A DNA stretch of 64,000 nucleotides, taken from positions 124,001-188,000 of the forward strand of contig OZ237761.1 in NCBI GenBank assembly GCA_965178125.1, given 5' to 3'. This DNA is from Bilabrum cf. latius (taxonomy: Eukaryota). Shown in pieces: positions 50,143 to 61,226 of the stretch. Below the pieces are notes generated by a model. It had not been told where the DNA came from. It worked only from the letters and a program-made list of their open reading frames with translations, and did no database searches. The first letter of the stretch is position 1; every line of letters starts with the position of its first letter. Made by a program: the position numbers and the translations under genes.

Positions 50143-51190
50143 GGTAGCCATGTCTCCCAGTTTGTTCCGGTATAGGGTCGGTCGCAACCGTGATCGACGC
50201 GCACCGGATTTATGTGTTGCAGCTCTCTCTGTGTTCAGGAGAGGGACGGAGTTTGGGTTAACTCGTTTTGTGGGCAGCAGCAGCGGTCCTCCCAGCCCCG
50301 ACGGCTGCAGGTGCATCGGCGAGGCAGTTGGCGCTCAGCTGCCCCAAGCAAGGGCCGGTTTTCGTGGTAGGGCAGCGGCCGCTGCTCAAGGCCACTGTCG
50401 TCCGCGTGCTCCGTGGCTACTGCCAGCTCGGCGAGGCCGAAGCGGTGCACGGCCACTCCATCCGCATCGCTGCAGTGATGTGCCTGGACCGAGCAGGCGT
50501 CGTCGCCTTCGAGACTATCAGGCGATTCGGGCGGTGGAAGTCAGCTTCTTCGTGTGAGGTATACCTACGTTCAGCCAGAGAGGGCCTTCCCCCTCTTGAG
50601 CTCCGTGGGTCAGATCTCTAGTTGAAGCAGCCAGCATGGGTGCTGGCGCGCGCCCTTCTGCTCGCGGTGACGTGATTCACTCGGGCAGAGGCGTTCAAGA
50701 CATGGCACTGAAAGAATTGGCGGAGTGGTGCAGTGGCTCAGCTCGGACCTGGTGAACAGGCCCAGAGCAGCGCCAGCCTGCACAGCTTTGTCAAGGACTT
50801 GCCATGTCTGATTGATTGGGAGACTAGTTTGCGCTATCATCACGAGCATCATATACCTAACGCCGGATGGGGTTCGGGTTTGATGCGACGATGGGAGCGC
50901 AGGTAGCCATGTCTCCCAGTTTGTTCCGGTATAGGGTCGGTCGCAACCGTGATCGACGCGCACCGGATTTATGTGTTGCAGCTCTCTCTGTGTTCAGGAG
51001 AGGGACGGAGTTTGGGTTAACTCGTTTTCCCACCCTCCCAGTTCCCCCTCCTCCTCGGCGGAGTGGTGCAGTGGCTCAGCTCGGACCTGGATGAACAGGC
51101 CCAGAGCAGCGCCAGCCTGCACAGCTTTGTCAAGGACTTGCCATGTCTGATTGATTGGGAGACTAGTTTGCGCTATCATCACGAGCATCA
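50143..51190 (+). mobile_element. Third, miniature YR retroelement with split direct repeats and a YR C-terminal remnant
   Basis: A1 50143-50268 equals A2 50901-51027. B1 ~50719-50902, B2 from ~51057. Remnant GHSIR...FGRWKS...VY. Confidence 0.82.
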
Positions 51191-51601
51191 GCTCAGTAAT
51201 ATCGGCTATCCTTTAAATGGGTTTAAATAGGTTTGCCTATTTAAAGAAAAGGAGAAGACGCGCGGGTTTTCAGTCGGTTCTGATGCTGGAGTGGCTCGCG
51301 TATGGCCCTTCGTCCGGTTTGTCGTACGTCTTGCCCTCCCCTCTGACTCAACGTCGGTGTGGCTCGTCTTGTGTCCTTTTGATGGTGGCGCATTGGACCG
51401 CCACACCTTCAGTTTTTTTCCTTTTTGTAGAATTTCCCTATATTTTTATTTTTTTTCGAATGTGGCGTTCCAATGTTCCATTAGTAGGCTGTGTTACTTT
51501 TTCCTCAAATTTGACCAAAAAGAAATGTTCCAATATTCCAATTTCTAAAAATAGTTCAAAAATTTGAAAGTATATAGCCCTGAAAACAGTCCCTAACGTT
51601 A

Positions 51602-54600
51602 GATTCCTACCACTGGTGTAGTGGAGCTTTAGCGGAACGAGGGTGTCCTGGCGACATCGCCGACGTAGTCTTGGGGGGGGAGGGAGTGCTGGATCAGATC
51701 AAAACAAAATGGGACTTCAAGGATGTACCAGGCGAGTTGTACAGTATAACAGGTGGTGCCGATCTTGCAGGTATGTCTCGCGATCACCAGGCTGCTTTTG
51801 TGCACGGAATAGCAGCCGCAGTTGGCTCCAACGGATCATGGGTAATCACAGGAGGCTCGGACGCCGGAATCATGCAGCTTGCTGGAAAAGCACATTTTGA
51901 TGCAGCATTATATTCACCGTGCATTGGAATCGCAGCATTAGGCAAGGTGTTCAATACTTCCAAGGAGATCCGACAAGTCGATAAAGGCGGCGAGACTCCT
52001 ATATAGTATAAACTCTCTGAGCCCCCTTTCAGGGGTGCTACCAAGGAGGAACACAAAACCCGACTGAACCCTGATCACACGCATTTCATTTTTGTTCGAC
52101 CTCCTGTAGGACGAAAAATATCGAAGTGGGGGGACGACAACAATTTTCGCGAGGCCCTCGAAGGGGAGATCGCAAAGACCGCCTTCACGGTGCAGGTGGT
52201 CGCAAGCGGGGGCCCCGAGACCATGAAGACCGTGTCCAGCGCGGCCCATGCCAAAATCCCGATCGTGCTTTTCAAGGGATCTGGGCGAGCCTCTGACGTC
52301 CTCTGCAAACTGAGTGCCCATGCTGAGCATTTGAGCGAGTTGGACGACTCGTGCCCCCGCGGCTGGTGCCCGGATGGCGCCAAGCACACTGCAGCATTGA
52401 TGGGCAAAGATCACTATCAATACCCAAATGTCAACGTTTTCGATCCGATGAGCATCGAGGTCTGGAAAACAACGAAGCCACTCACTGCGTGCATCCCTGG
52501 CAAAGTGCTACAATGGATGGCGACGAGGTCAAATCCACCAAATCTCGACGATTTCGACAAATACTGTGCCAACGGGTGGGGAGCATGGACAACTACCAGC
52601 AGGACGTATGAAGATTGGCTGGACAGGCATGTGCGGTCGCGGCCAGTTGCTGCTAGATCTGGCAACGGTCAAGCGGCAGACGGGCAAGCGGCAGGCGGGC
52701 AAGCGGCAGGCGGGCAAGCGGCAGACGGGCAAGCGGCAGGTGGGCAAGCGGCAGGCGGGCAAGAACCAGGCGGACATCGGCATCTAACCAATTCAGATAT
52801 CGAGAATCTTTGGTGCTGGTGCGTGCATATACACCTCCTGCACATGGGTGCGATCCTTCGAGTCAAGCGTAGGGGCGATGAAGCAACGGGTACGTGGAAT
52901 TCACCGCGGCGAAGCAGTATCACCCACCGCGTTATGTCGAGAGCTGCAAGCACCCCTAGTGCTCCTTCGGGGCACTACTCAAGCATTCGCATCACGCCCG
53001 ACATGAACGACGACAGTCTCAAGGTCAGGGACACGGTGCGCGAATCCCTTGTCGCAATTGCCTTCGATAGCCCGCTTCGACGAAGGTCGGATGACCAGCT
53101 CAGGCCAAAGTTTGCGAAGGCATGGCCCCTCCTCATGAGAGGCATGCAAGCCGTGCGACTTGGCACCTTAGTGACTGTCGACCTGTCTCTGGTGTCATCT
53201 TCGTTCGTCAGATCGATGTCTTCTCATGGGCCGGCACCAAGCCCATCCGATGGTCTCGGGGGTTCAGATCTGCAAGAGCTTTGTCGCGTCTTATTGCAAG
53301 AAGGTGCTGCCACTGCTGCAAATGGTGACAATCCGATAGGCCAGCATCGACCGGCATCTCAAGTGCAGCCTTGCGAGGCACACCGACTTCCTGCGACTGT
53401 AGAGTTGCTACTGCAGTGCAAGCAGCCATTAACTTTGCAGGAGGCCATGGCAAGAGCGGCGTTGATTGGCAAGGCAATGAACCCACCACAATCAGGTAGA
53501 GTTGGACAGGGGAGCGGTGCAGCATCCGCCCCCCGGCCAAGCCCATTCGAGATGGCCGTCCGATGGAACTGTTCGGAAACGATTCGGGCTTGGTTGCGCG
53601 GAACACTGCAGACGACTAGCAGCTCCTCGAAGATGGATCCGGGTGCTTTGCTCGTTATTCAACTCGGCTTAATCGATGCTACTTTGCGCGATGCTGGTGC
53701 AGTAGTAGCTTGCATTCTGCAAGAGTGTACAGAATTCATGGAGGTGCTTTATATGGTCGACAACCATTGCCTTCAGTAGCTGGCATCACCGAATGGTGCA
53801 CCTCAGGGCGAATCACCTACCAGGGAGCGGAGCAACACAATGTGCAGGGATGATTGGAAGCAGCTCATTTCGCAACGCAAGTGGGAAGAATGGCTCCCAA
53901 GCATCAATACATCACACTTCTCCTGCTTGGAGTCAACAGCTTGGAGTATGCACTCTGCTGACGAAGCAAAGGAATCGGTTCGGTTGTTGTGGGCTCTGGT
54001 GAATCGCAAGTTCAGCGTCGCTCGTGTCTTCTGGAGGTACTGCTCCGAGCCTCTGCGGATGGCTCTGTACGCGGCACAGGTTCTGCGGAAGCTAGCAGGC
54101 ACGGATGATGCAGCGCGCACCATGCTGCTGAGTGAAGCGGACTGGTACGAACGGCTTGGTATATAGGTGCTCGAGCACGGTGGTACTAGCAGGGACTTCC
54201 GTGGGTGGGACAAAAAGGATCGGCAGAACGTTTCACTGTGGCTTAGGTCCACAGCACCGAGGTCTCAAGTGATATGCGATGCCATTCTTTAGTAGTACTC
54301 GGTGTCAAAACACATCGAGCATGGTAGGTGCTGTTGGAACATGTGTTGGTCTTGCTGTCGGGATATGCCGTCTTGCTGTCAGAGTTGTTTCTGCTGTCGG
54401 GATGGCCTGACTTAGGTGACCCGCCTCCACCGCGGCTCAAACATCATCCGATTGGCTCAACGCTCTGAGTCAATGGAGTTTATGGGCCATCCGGTGGTGC
54501 AGAGGCAGCTGCGATGTCTTTGGCGACACAACACTTGGGAGAAGCCATCGGGGGGACTGACCACAGTATGGGGATGCTGCCGAGTATGGGACTGCTGTGC

Positions 54601-55705
54601 AAGCTAGGACTATTCTGCTAGGAACAACTGGTTTAATGCACCACGCACACGGTGCTGGTTGCATTCGATTTCTCGGGTTGCCCTCACTATCCTTCATGCT
54701 TGGGTGGTTCTTCAACACTACGATGAGCCGCGAGCTCGGCTATTTCTTCCCATTCTCTTCTTCGTATGGAAGGGCCTGCAGCTTGTGGAGGACAGCCTAG
54801 TTGCTGCTAGGCTGGGCATCCACGACATCTCCGTGTGGGATGCGCTTGGTACTCTTGATTACGCGGCAATGTTTGTAAGCCTAGGGCTGTTCACGGCTGC
54901 TGGCATTGGTGACGATGGTATCTTGCACGACTATTCGATGGATGTGCTTAGCGTCTCGTTCATTGTGGCGTGCATCCGTCTGCTGGACATCCTCGCAGTC
55001 ATAGAGTTCTTTGGCCCGATGGTTATCACCATCAATCGGATTCTCTTTCTGGATATCACGCTGTTCCTTGTCCTCCTGGTAGTATTCGTGGGAGGGTTCG
55101 CAGTCACGATCACGGCGATCTTCGTTGTTAGGAATCCAGACGCAGGGAACGGTGGGGATTTTTCGGGTCTGGAAGACTTGCTATGGTCCATGTTCGGGGA
55201 TTGGACCCTACCGCTGTCGAACGCAGACAGAAATGAGCACGGCAGTGACTTCTACCTCGGTCTTGGCAAGGCTCTGCTGGGTCTACACATGCTGCTGTCC
55301 ACCATCGTGATTGTGAACTTGCTCGTGGCCCTGATGACCTCCTCGTACGAGAACACGCACAGAGGCGCCCAGCTCCGGTTTAACTTCTCTATGGCGCTGC
55401 ATGTGCGCAAGCACCGTCTCCTGTCTGCTCTACCTGCTCCACTCAATCTGGTTGGTTGGATAGTTGGTAGGTCATGCTGGGAATACGGTTGCAGTTAGAA
55501 CACTGAAGAAGCAGAGGTGGATGCATCAAGTGGTGGTCCATCCATCAGTTGGAACTAGGTCTCTCTCGAGACAGGGCAGCAGCTACCTGTCATGCGGGCC
55601 CTCAAGGAAGATGAGAAAACCAAGGTCAGGTTCACGAGGTATCGAGCCTAGCGGAGGCTTGTGGCGAGACTAGAGGCAGAGGAGAAGAGACAGGAGACCC
55701 TGTGA
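51602..55705 (+). CDS. TRPM-like cation channel with N-terminal SLOG domain, copy 2; 10 in-frame TAGs; 5' end unresolved
   Basis: One frame with no TAA or TGA from 51584 to 55702. SLOG motifs SITGGA, WVITGG.DAGIM, CIGIA, LNPDHTHFIFV, GSGRASD, followed by the TM region as in copy 1. Confidence 0.9.
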
Positions 55706-56466
55706 GTCCATCCGAGGCGCGCCAGGCAGTCATGCGGGCGGAAATCAGCAGGGCCAAGCCAGCTGCATTTCAGGCGTAAGACCACTGCGGCAATTGGATG
55801 ATCGCGCGTGCCCAGCACTCCCCGCACGTCTTCCTCGGTCGGAGCTGGCGGGTCGTCGCACACCGCATCTGTCCAGCCTTTAGTACGCGTTTGATGCCCC
55901 CGAAGTCCGCCGCACCTGGATTGGCCTGGTAGTGCAGATTTTCGGTGGAGCAAGCATGGTGACCTAGACCTGGCAAGTTCACTTGCACATCAGGATTGAA
56001 GGGACGAGAGCGGCTGTAATCCGGACGTGGAGGTGGGCACCGACAGCAAGAGAGATTGGAGAGATGAGGCTCGTTAAGGATGGGGACCAGGGGACACCGG
56101 CACAGGCGACGATAGTGCGGTGTCAATGAAAGGAAACAAGGAAACAACGGAAGGGGACTTTGGGTACAAGGCACATCTGAATTCCGGATGGGAGACAGGT
56201 GGCATTCTCAGAGGCATCGGGCGTAGCCTATACAGCCAGCATCCCAGATTGAGCGGAGCAGATTGACCCAACAGGCAATGGTACCTAGTTACGGGTATTA
56301 CGTGAATTGAGCAAGTGAAGAAGATGCATTTTTTGCTATGTCAGCTATACCCAATCCGATCTGGGTTACAACGTTATTGCGTAAAGGGCAAGGTAAGAAT
56401 CACTCTTTTTATAGCATGCCCCCCCCCCCCCCCCCCCCTCCGCCTGCCAGCCCTCAAGTAGACTTA

Positions 56467-58401
56467 TCAGGAATCCGGATCATGCGCGGTACTTGGCCTG
56501 ACCGTGGGCCAGCAGGCACACAGGTAGCCTCTTTGCACGAGACTGTTGCTGCCCACGTCTGGCTTCATTGATTCGCCTCCGCCAGCACTCTTTCTGCTGG
56601 CATCCGTCGAAGACTTCCTCAGCTCGAATTCGATGCGGGCCACGGTCCATTGCACTCCCCCCGACCCCGCCTGCACACTACACGAAGGCTCCTTTACCTG
56701 CTTCTTTGGCTTGCTCGGCGTGTCACTTTCAATACTGACCTCTTTGCCAGACTCGTCGCCAACTTCGAGCTCATCTACTCCTCCACTTTTTCCATCGCCA
56801 TTTGCAGACAGTATGCCGTCCAGCACGTGTCGTCCCACGGCTGCCCCGCGACGCATTGATTCCTCGACAGCCTCCATGGCTTGCTGCAGGCTGGGGACAG
56901 CGAGCATGCGATGCTCGCCATGTGCTCCCTAAGCCCTATTGTTCTGAGCACCGTCATCACTGCCATTGCCACCAGATCTGCTAGCACCATCCGATGACGC
57001 CGCCGAGTTCCCGCCACCTGTGGGCCCCTCCGCGGTCCACTGCGTGGCACTCCCCTCCTAGGCGCACTCGTCATCCGCAAGTTGAGCCAGGGCGAGCGCC
57101 TCCTCTCCCTCGGACCAGCGGGTCACCACCAGCTCCAGGGCACGGCCAAGGACGGCCGGCCGCCGGAACATGGTGCCGAACTGCACCACGGGTGCGGGCG
57201 CGGTGCCTCTCGACGCCATGTTGCGGCGCCACTGCGGCTTCCCCGTGCCCATCGAATCTACCCTCACAGTGCGATGCAGCCGGTCAAGCATTGCTCCGAT
57301 CAGGTGAGGCATGGCCAGGTCCGCGGCAGCCACGCCGTGCGAAATGGCGCCCCGCTGTCCCATGAGCGGAGCGAGCCAGCTGGACGTGTGGATGGGATTA
57401 TAGTCACCGCATAGCTTGGCGTATCGCCGGCCCATGTCTAGCGGAGGTTTGATGGTCGCGATAGTTTCCTCTAGGCACTTGCTCAAGCTTGTGCTCGCCT
57501 GCTCGGTCGAGGCTGGCTGACCAAACCTGTCGCGGCCACTGCCTTCCGGTTCTGGGTCAACCGAAGCGCCCTTCTTGGTTGAAAATGCACCCCTCTCGTT
57601 CGATTCGGCTCGTTTGCTTGCAGTGCTAGCATTAGATGGCGCCGACGACACCCGATCAGCGCGTGCTGGCTGCTCCTTTGGCCCAGTCTTGTTCGATCTC
57701 GAATGGAAGAAAAGGAGACGCGTGCTGCTAGCAAAAACAATGTGCTCAGCTCTTGACTTGTTCGCGCTATCGCTGGTAGCTTTTGGCGTCACGGTCGTGT
57801 TGGCGACGGCAGAGAGGATCGAGCCCCGCTTGTGGAACTTTGGCTTGGTCGCACCGACCGAGATCTGAAGGGGCGACGTGGCTGAAACTGATCCGTCCAA
57901 TGGGTGCGCAATCGCAACGCAGTGCATTCCAAGCTTTACGCTTCCCAGCAGTGGAAACTATACCATTGGGGAGCACAGCAAGCCTACCATAGCGCGCTAA
58001 GTAGCAACATCAAGCAAAAGAAGCGGACAGCCCCCATTTCGATCGCTCTGTGAGCTAGCGCCAGAATATCGTGGCGATACTGATTGCTGCCGTAGCTTTT
58101 CCAGGCAACGCTTTGCCTTACACGTCGGTACTACATCATTGGCTTGAAACTACTGATCAGGCGGGACAGGTGCTAACCTATTTGCAACCCCTGCAAGACC
58201 CCAAGAGCGCAAAATCGAAACAAGAAATGGAAGCACTATTGAACTTTGGGCCTCTCGGACAAAGCTGCCTCCGCCGCCGTAGAGGAGTTGCCGAGATTTA
58301 ATTCCAGGGTTGGGCCAAAAGCACGCCAGCAAACCCGCGAACGCCAGGCACAAACACGTTGTACCTATGGAGATATACAGTACGTCTTGCTCATCATACA
58401 T
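56467..58401 (-). CDS. MaoC-like (hot-dog fold) dehydratase with N-terminal hydrophobic segment; 5 TAGs; start 58401 or 58506
   Basis: Track ORFs 58150-58506, 57058-57927 and 56467-56907 are in frame and broken only by TAG. Motifs YAKLCGDYNPIH and ISHG; TGA stop. Confidence 0.8.
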
Positions 58402-58523
58402 GGCTTCGACTGGTCTGTGCAAAATGAAAGACCGGTCTACTCGGTGGCGCCGCGCATTACTGAAATGGTTCCGCAAAATGCCCCGATTGATTGTGTTCCA
58501 GTCCATTCTAACTCGATTTCACC

Positions 58524-59337
58524 ATGGCGATGAAAAGACTGTCAAAAGAAGCAAGGAAAATGAGAGACTGTGACGCTGATGGGGTTTCAGCCGAGCCTAT
58601 TGATGATTCTTTGGTGCGATGGACAGCCAAGATTGAGGGCCCAGAGGATACACCATACGAGGGAGGCACATTCGATCTAGATGTCCAGTTTCCAGCTGAT
58701 TATCCAATGAAGCCGCCATCAATCACGTTCACTACCAAAGTATACCACGTGAGGGCGCTGCATACATACATGCATTACCTGTTCCCGATCTCACGATTCT
58801 TGTTTGCTTTCAGTCTTCTGTGCACCTCCATTGGCGTTGTTGACATCCATTTCTCGGGCAATTTTTATTTTCTTTGTACAAGCTGGTGTGCCCTGGCTTA
58901 TCGCCCGATCTTTCTTTGCACTGTGCTGCACTCCGTGTCGTTCTCGTGCCACGCCTTCCGGAAGACATGTAGTTTGTTGCTTAAAGCTGTGTTACATGCA
59001 CCAGATCGAGGTGGTATGCGGCAGACCAAGAAGAATGCACGCCCATGTGCATGTCCATGCTGCCGGTCCGGCTCCCTAAGCTGCCCCTTCCATCTCTAGC
59101 CTTGTCTCTTCTTTGCAGCCCAACGTGACGAGCGACGGAAAGATCTGCTTGGACATTTTGAAGGACGCCTGGACGCCACAGTACTTCCTTGACAGCGTGC
59201 TCGTCTCCATCCGCATGCTGTTGGAGGAACCGAACCCCTCGGCGGCCTTGGAGCCGGATGTCGCCAAGCAGTACACTGACGACAAGGCCGCGTTTGACAA
59301 GACAGCCAAGGAGTGGGTCGAGAAGTACGCGTCTTGA
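58524..59337 (+). CDS. Ubiquitin-conjugating enzyme E2 (Ubc4/5-like); intron 58749-59118
   Basis: Spliced sequence KVYHPNVTSDGKICLDILKDAW contains HPN and the catalytic Cys. Donor GTGAGG, acceptor TTTGCAG. Confidence 0.95.
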
Positions 59338-59855
59338 GTGCATTGCAGTGCATTGCAGTGCGTTATAGTGCAGTACGCACCACTCGTTCAACACCGGCTG
59401 CTGCATGCGACACACGGTAAATCCTTAGGTTGGCTTGGGCAAGGGCAAGTGGTGGTGGGGGGGGGGTTTCTGGGGATGGGATTGAAGGGTAGGATGGGGG
59501 ATGGTGGGTGGTTGGTTGCACCGAATGAGGGCACAAATTTCATGGTTAGGCCGATGGAAGATTAACATGTCATGATGATAAGGCAGTGCCCCTGTGATGC
59601 GCAAGGCGGCTGCTGTGGTGGTGCTGCAGAGGGGGGAGGGGGGGCAATGCGCTGTCTTCTTCTAGGCAGAGGGAGCTTTGTGAGAGATAGGGCTCGCGTT
59701 GAGGTGTCCAAGATGCATGAATGTCATTTGCAGCGAAGTGCATTTCGTAGGTATCCTTAGGATGCGTTCACCCGAGAGGTGCACTGCATTCAAGCTGCGG
59801 AGCCAAATTATTCCGGCTGGATGATACGTACACAAACAACACGCGAAGTACAACC

Positions 59856-61046
59856 ATGAACGAGATCATTTGGTACGCCCCTGCCGCCTTAGTCTTAGTT
59901 ATTCTTGCATTGGTTTTGATCGTTGTAGCTGAGGGAATATACGTAGCCTTGACAACTCAGATGCTGCCGTCACCTCCGGATGCACCTCGAGGGGTTTTCA
60001 GCGAGACTGATGGCGAAATTAAGATGCAAGCCGTCAAGAATAGCCTACTATCCGATAGTCCCGTAAAGCCATCCTCGGATGTACCTGTTCGTGTTCTCGT
60101 TATCGGAGATAGCGTAGTAGAAGGGACAGGCTTGGAATCAACTGGACATCAAAGCACGATTGCACCGCACTTTGTGCGCGCATTAGGAAGGTTTCTGCTT
60201 CAACTCCGCAAAAAAGTCCGTAAGGACGCGCTAGACGCCTTGAAATAGTCAGATGAAGAGCAAAAGGTCGACTCAGATGTCCGGGCTACCTGTAGTACGC
60301 ATCTTCGTATTGCGTGGGAAGCCGTCGGAAAAGCGGGTGCCACATCTGAAAGCATTTATAAGAGGCTACGGAGGCGTATCAGTGCCGCGATTGATCGCTT
60401 GGGAGGAGATCGGATCGACTTGGTTGTGGTGTCGGCGGGAGTAAATGATGTTATTCGGGGCCGCTCGCCTGCGTCCTACGGAACAGACATGGAGCGGCTG
60501 CTTCGGTGGGTGCAGGATGAGTGTCCTAATGCCGTGGTCGAGGTGCTGGGTCGCCCTCCGTTGTACCAGTTCCCCCTATTGCCATTCCCAATGAACTTCG
60601 CGGTGTACTGGTATGCTGGCCTCTTCTTCAACCAGGCCAAGCAGGTGGCTGCCATGCTGACTGAGGAGGCCAAGGGAAGGGAGCTGAAGATGAAGGATGA
60701 GTACACCTGCTCTGACGCTCCTGTGGATTCGCCTGCGGGCAGCAACAGCAGCCTCACCCCCATCGCAAGCAAGAGCCCAATGCACGCTACCACTAGTAGT
60801 GAGGAGGAAGAAGAGAAAGGCAAGAGCAAGACCCCAAAGTGGTCGCAACCGAAGCAGGGGGTATACTATATCCCGTGCAGGCACGATGTTCCCCTGCGAG
60901 AGGGAGAGACGAGAGAGGACATCATGGCCGCCGATGGATTCCACCCGAATGTCCCCGTGCTGCGGTGCCTGGCCAAGGACGGGATCGAGACGGTCGTGCC
61001 TAGGGAGAGGTGGGAGCGGCTCATGCACGAGAAGCACTTGGCGTGA
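59856..61046 (+). CDS. SGNH/GDSL hydrolase with N-terminal TM/signal anchor (1 TAG)
   Basis: Blocks GDS, G.AG, GVND and DGFHP lie in one frame across the TAG at 60246-60248. Confidence 0.88.
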
Positions 61047-61226
61047 GGTTTAGACTGTGAGTGTGGCCCCTGCGATCAGGGTCATCCAGCCAGTGCAATG
61101 ACTGGCAGCAGTGCAGTGCTGGCCCACTTGCGGATCCGATCGTCGTCATCATCACACTAGGCTATTCAAAATAGCACAGGCATTTTCCATTACATTGAGG
61201 TGTACAAATAGGCTATTTCTCATAGA

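Larger units (their letters stand above)
29937..51590. mobile_element. Decayed Polinton-like / endogenous dsDNA virus, interrupted at 34403-40979 and 42735-51190; both ends uncertain
   Basis: Tightly packed, intronless, lower-GC genes: PolB, SF3/D5-like helicase, integrase-chromodomain, Zn-finger and small ORFs, with a shared upstream motif. No capsid gene or TIR identified. Confidence 0.75.

Noticed and set aside
51196-51210. AGTAAT as a Polinton terminal inverted repeat
   Set aside because: No complementary end was found, and the sequence is better explained as the displaced upstream region of ORF 42345-42728.
58749-59099. C-terminal extension of the E2 ORF in the track
   Set aside because: It is intron sequence; splicing restores the HPN motif.
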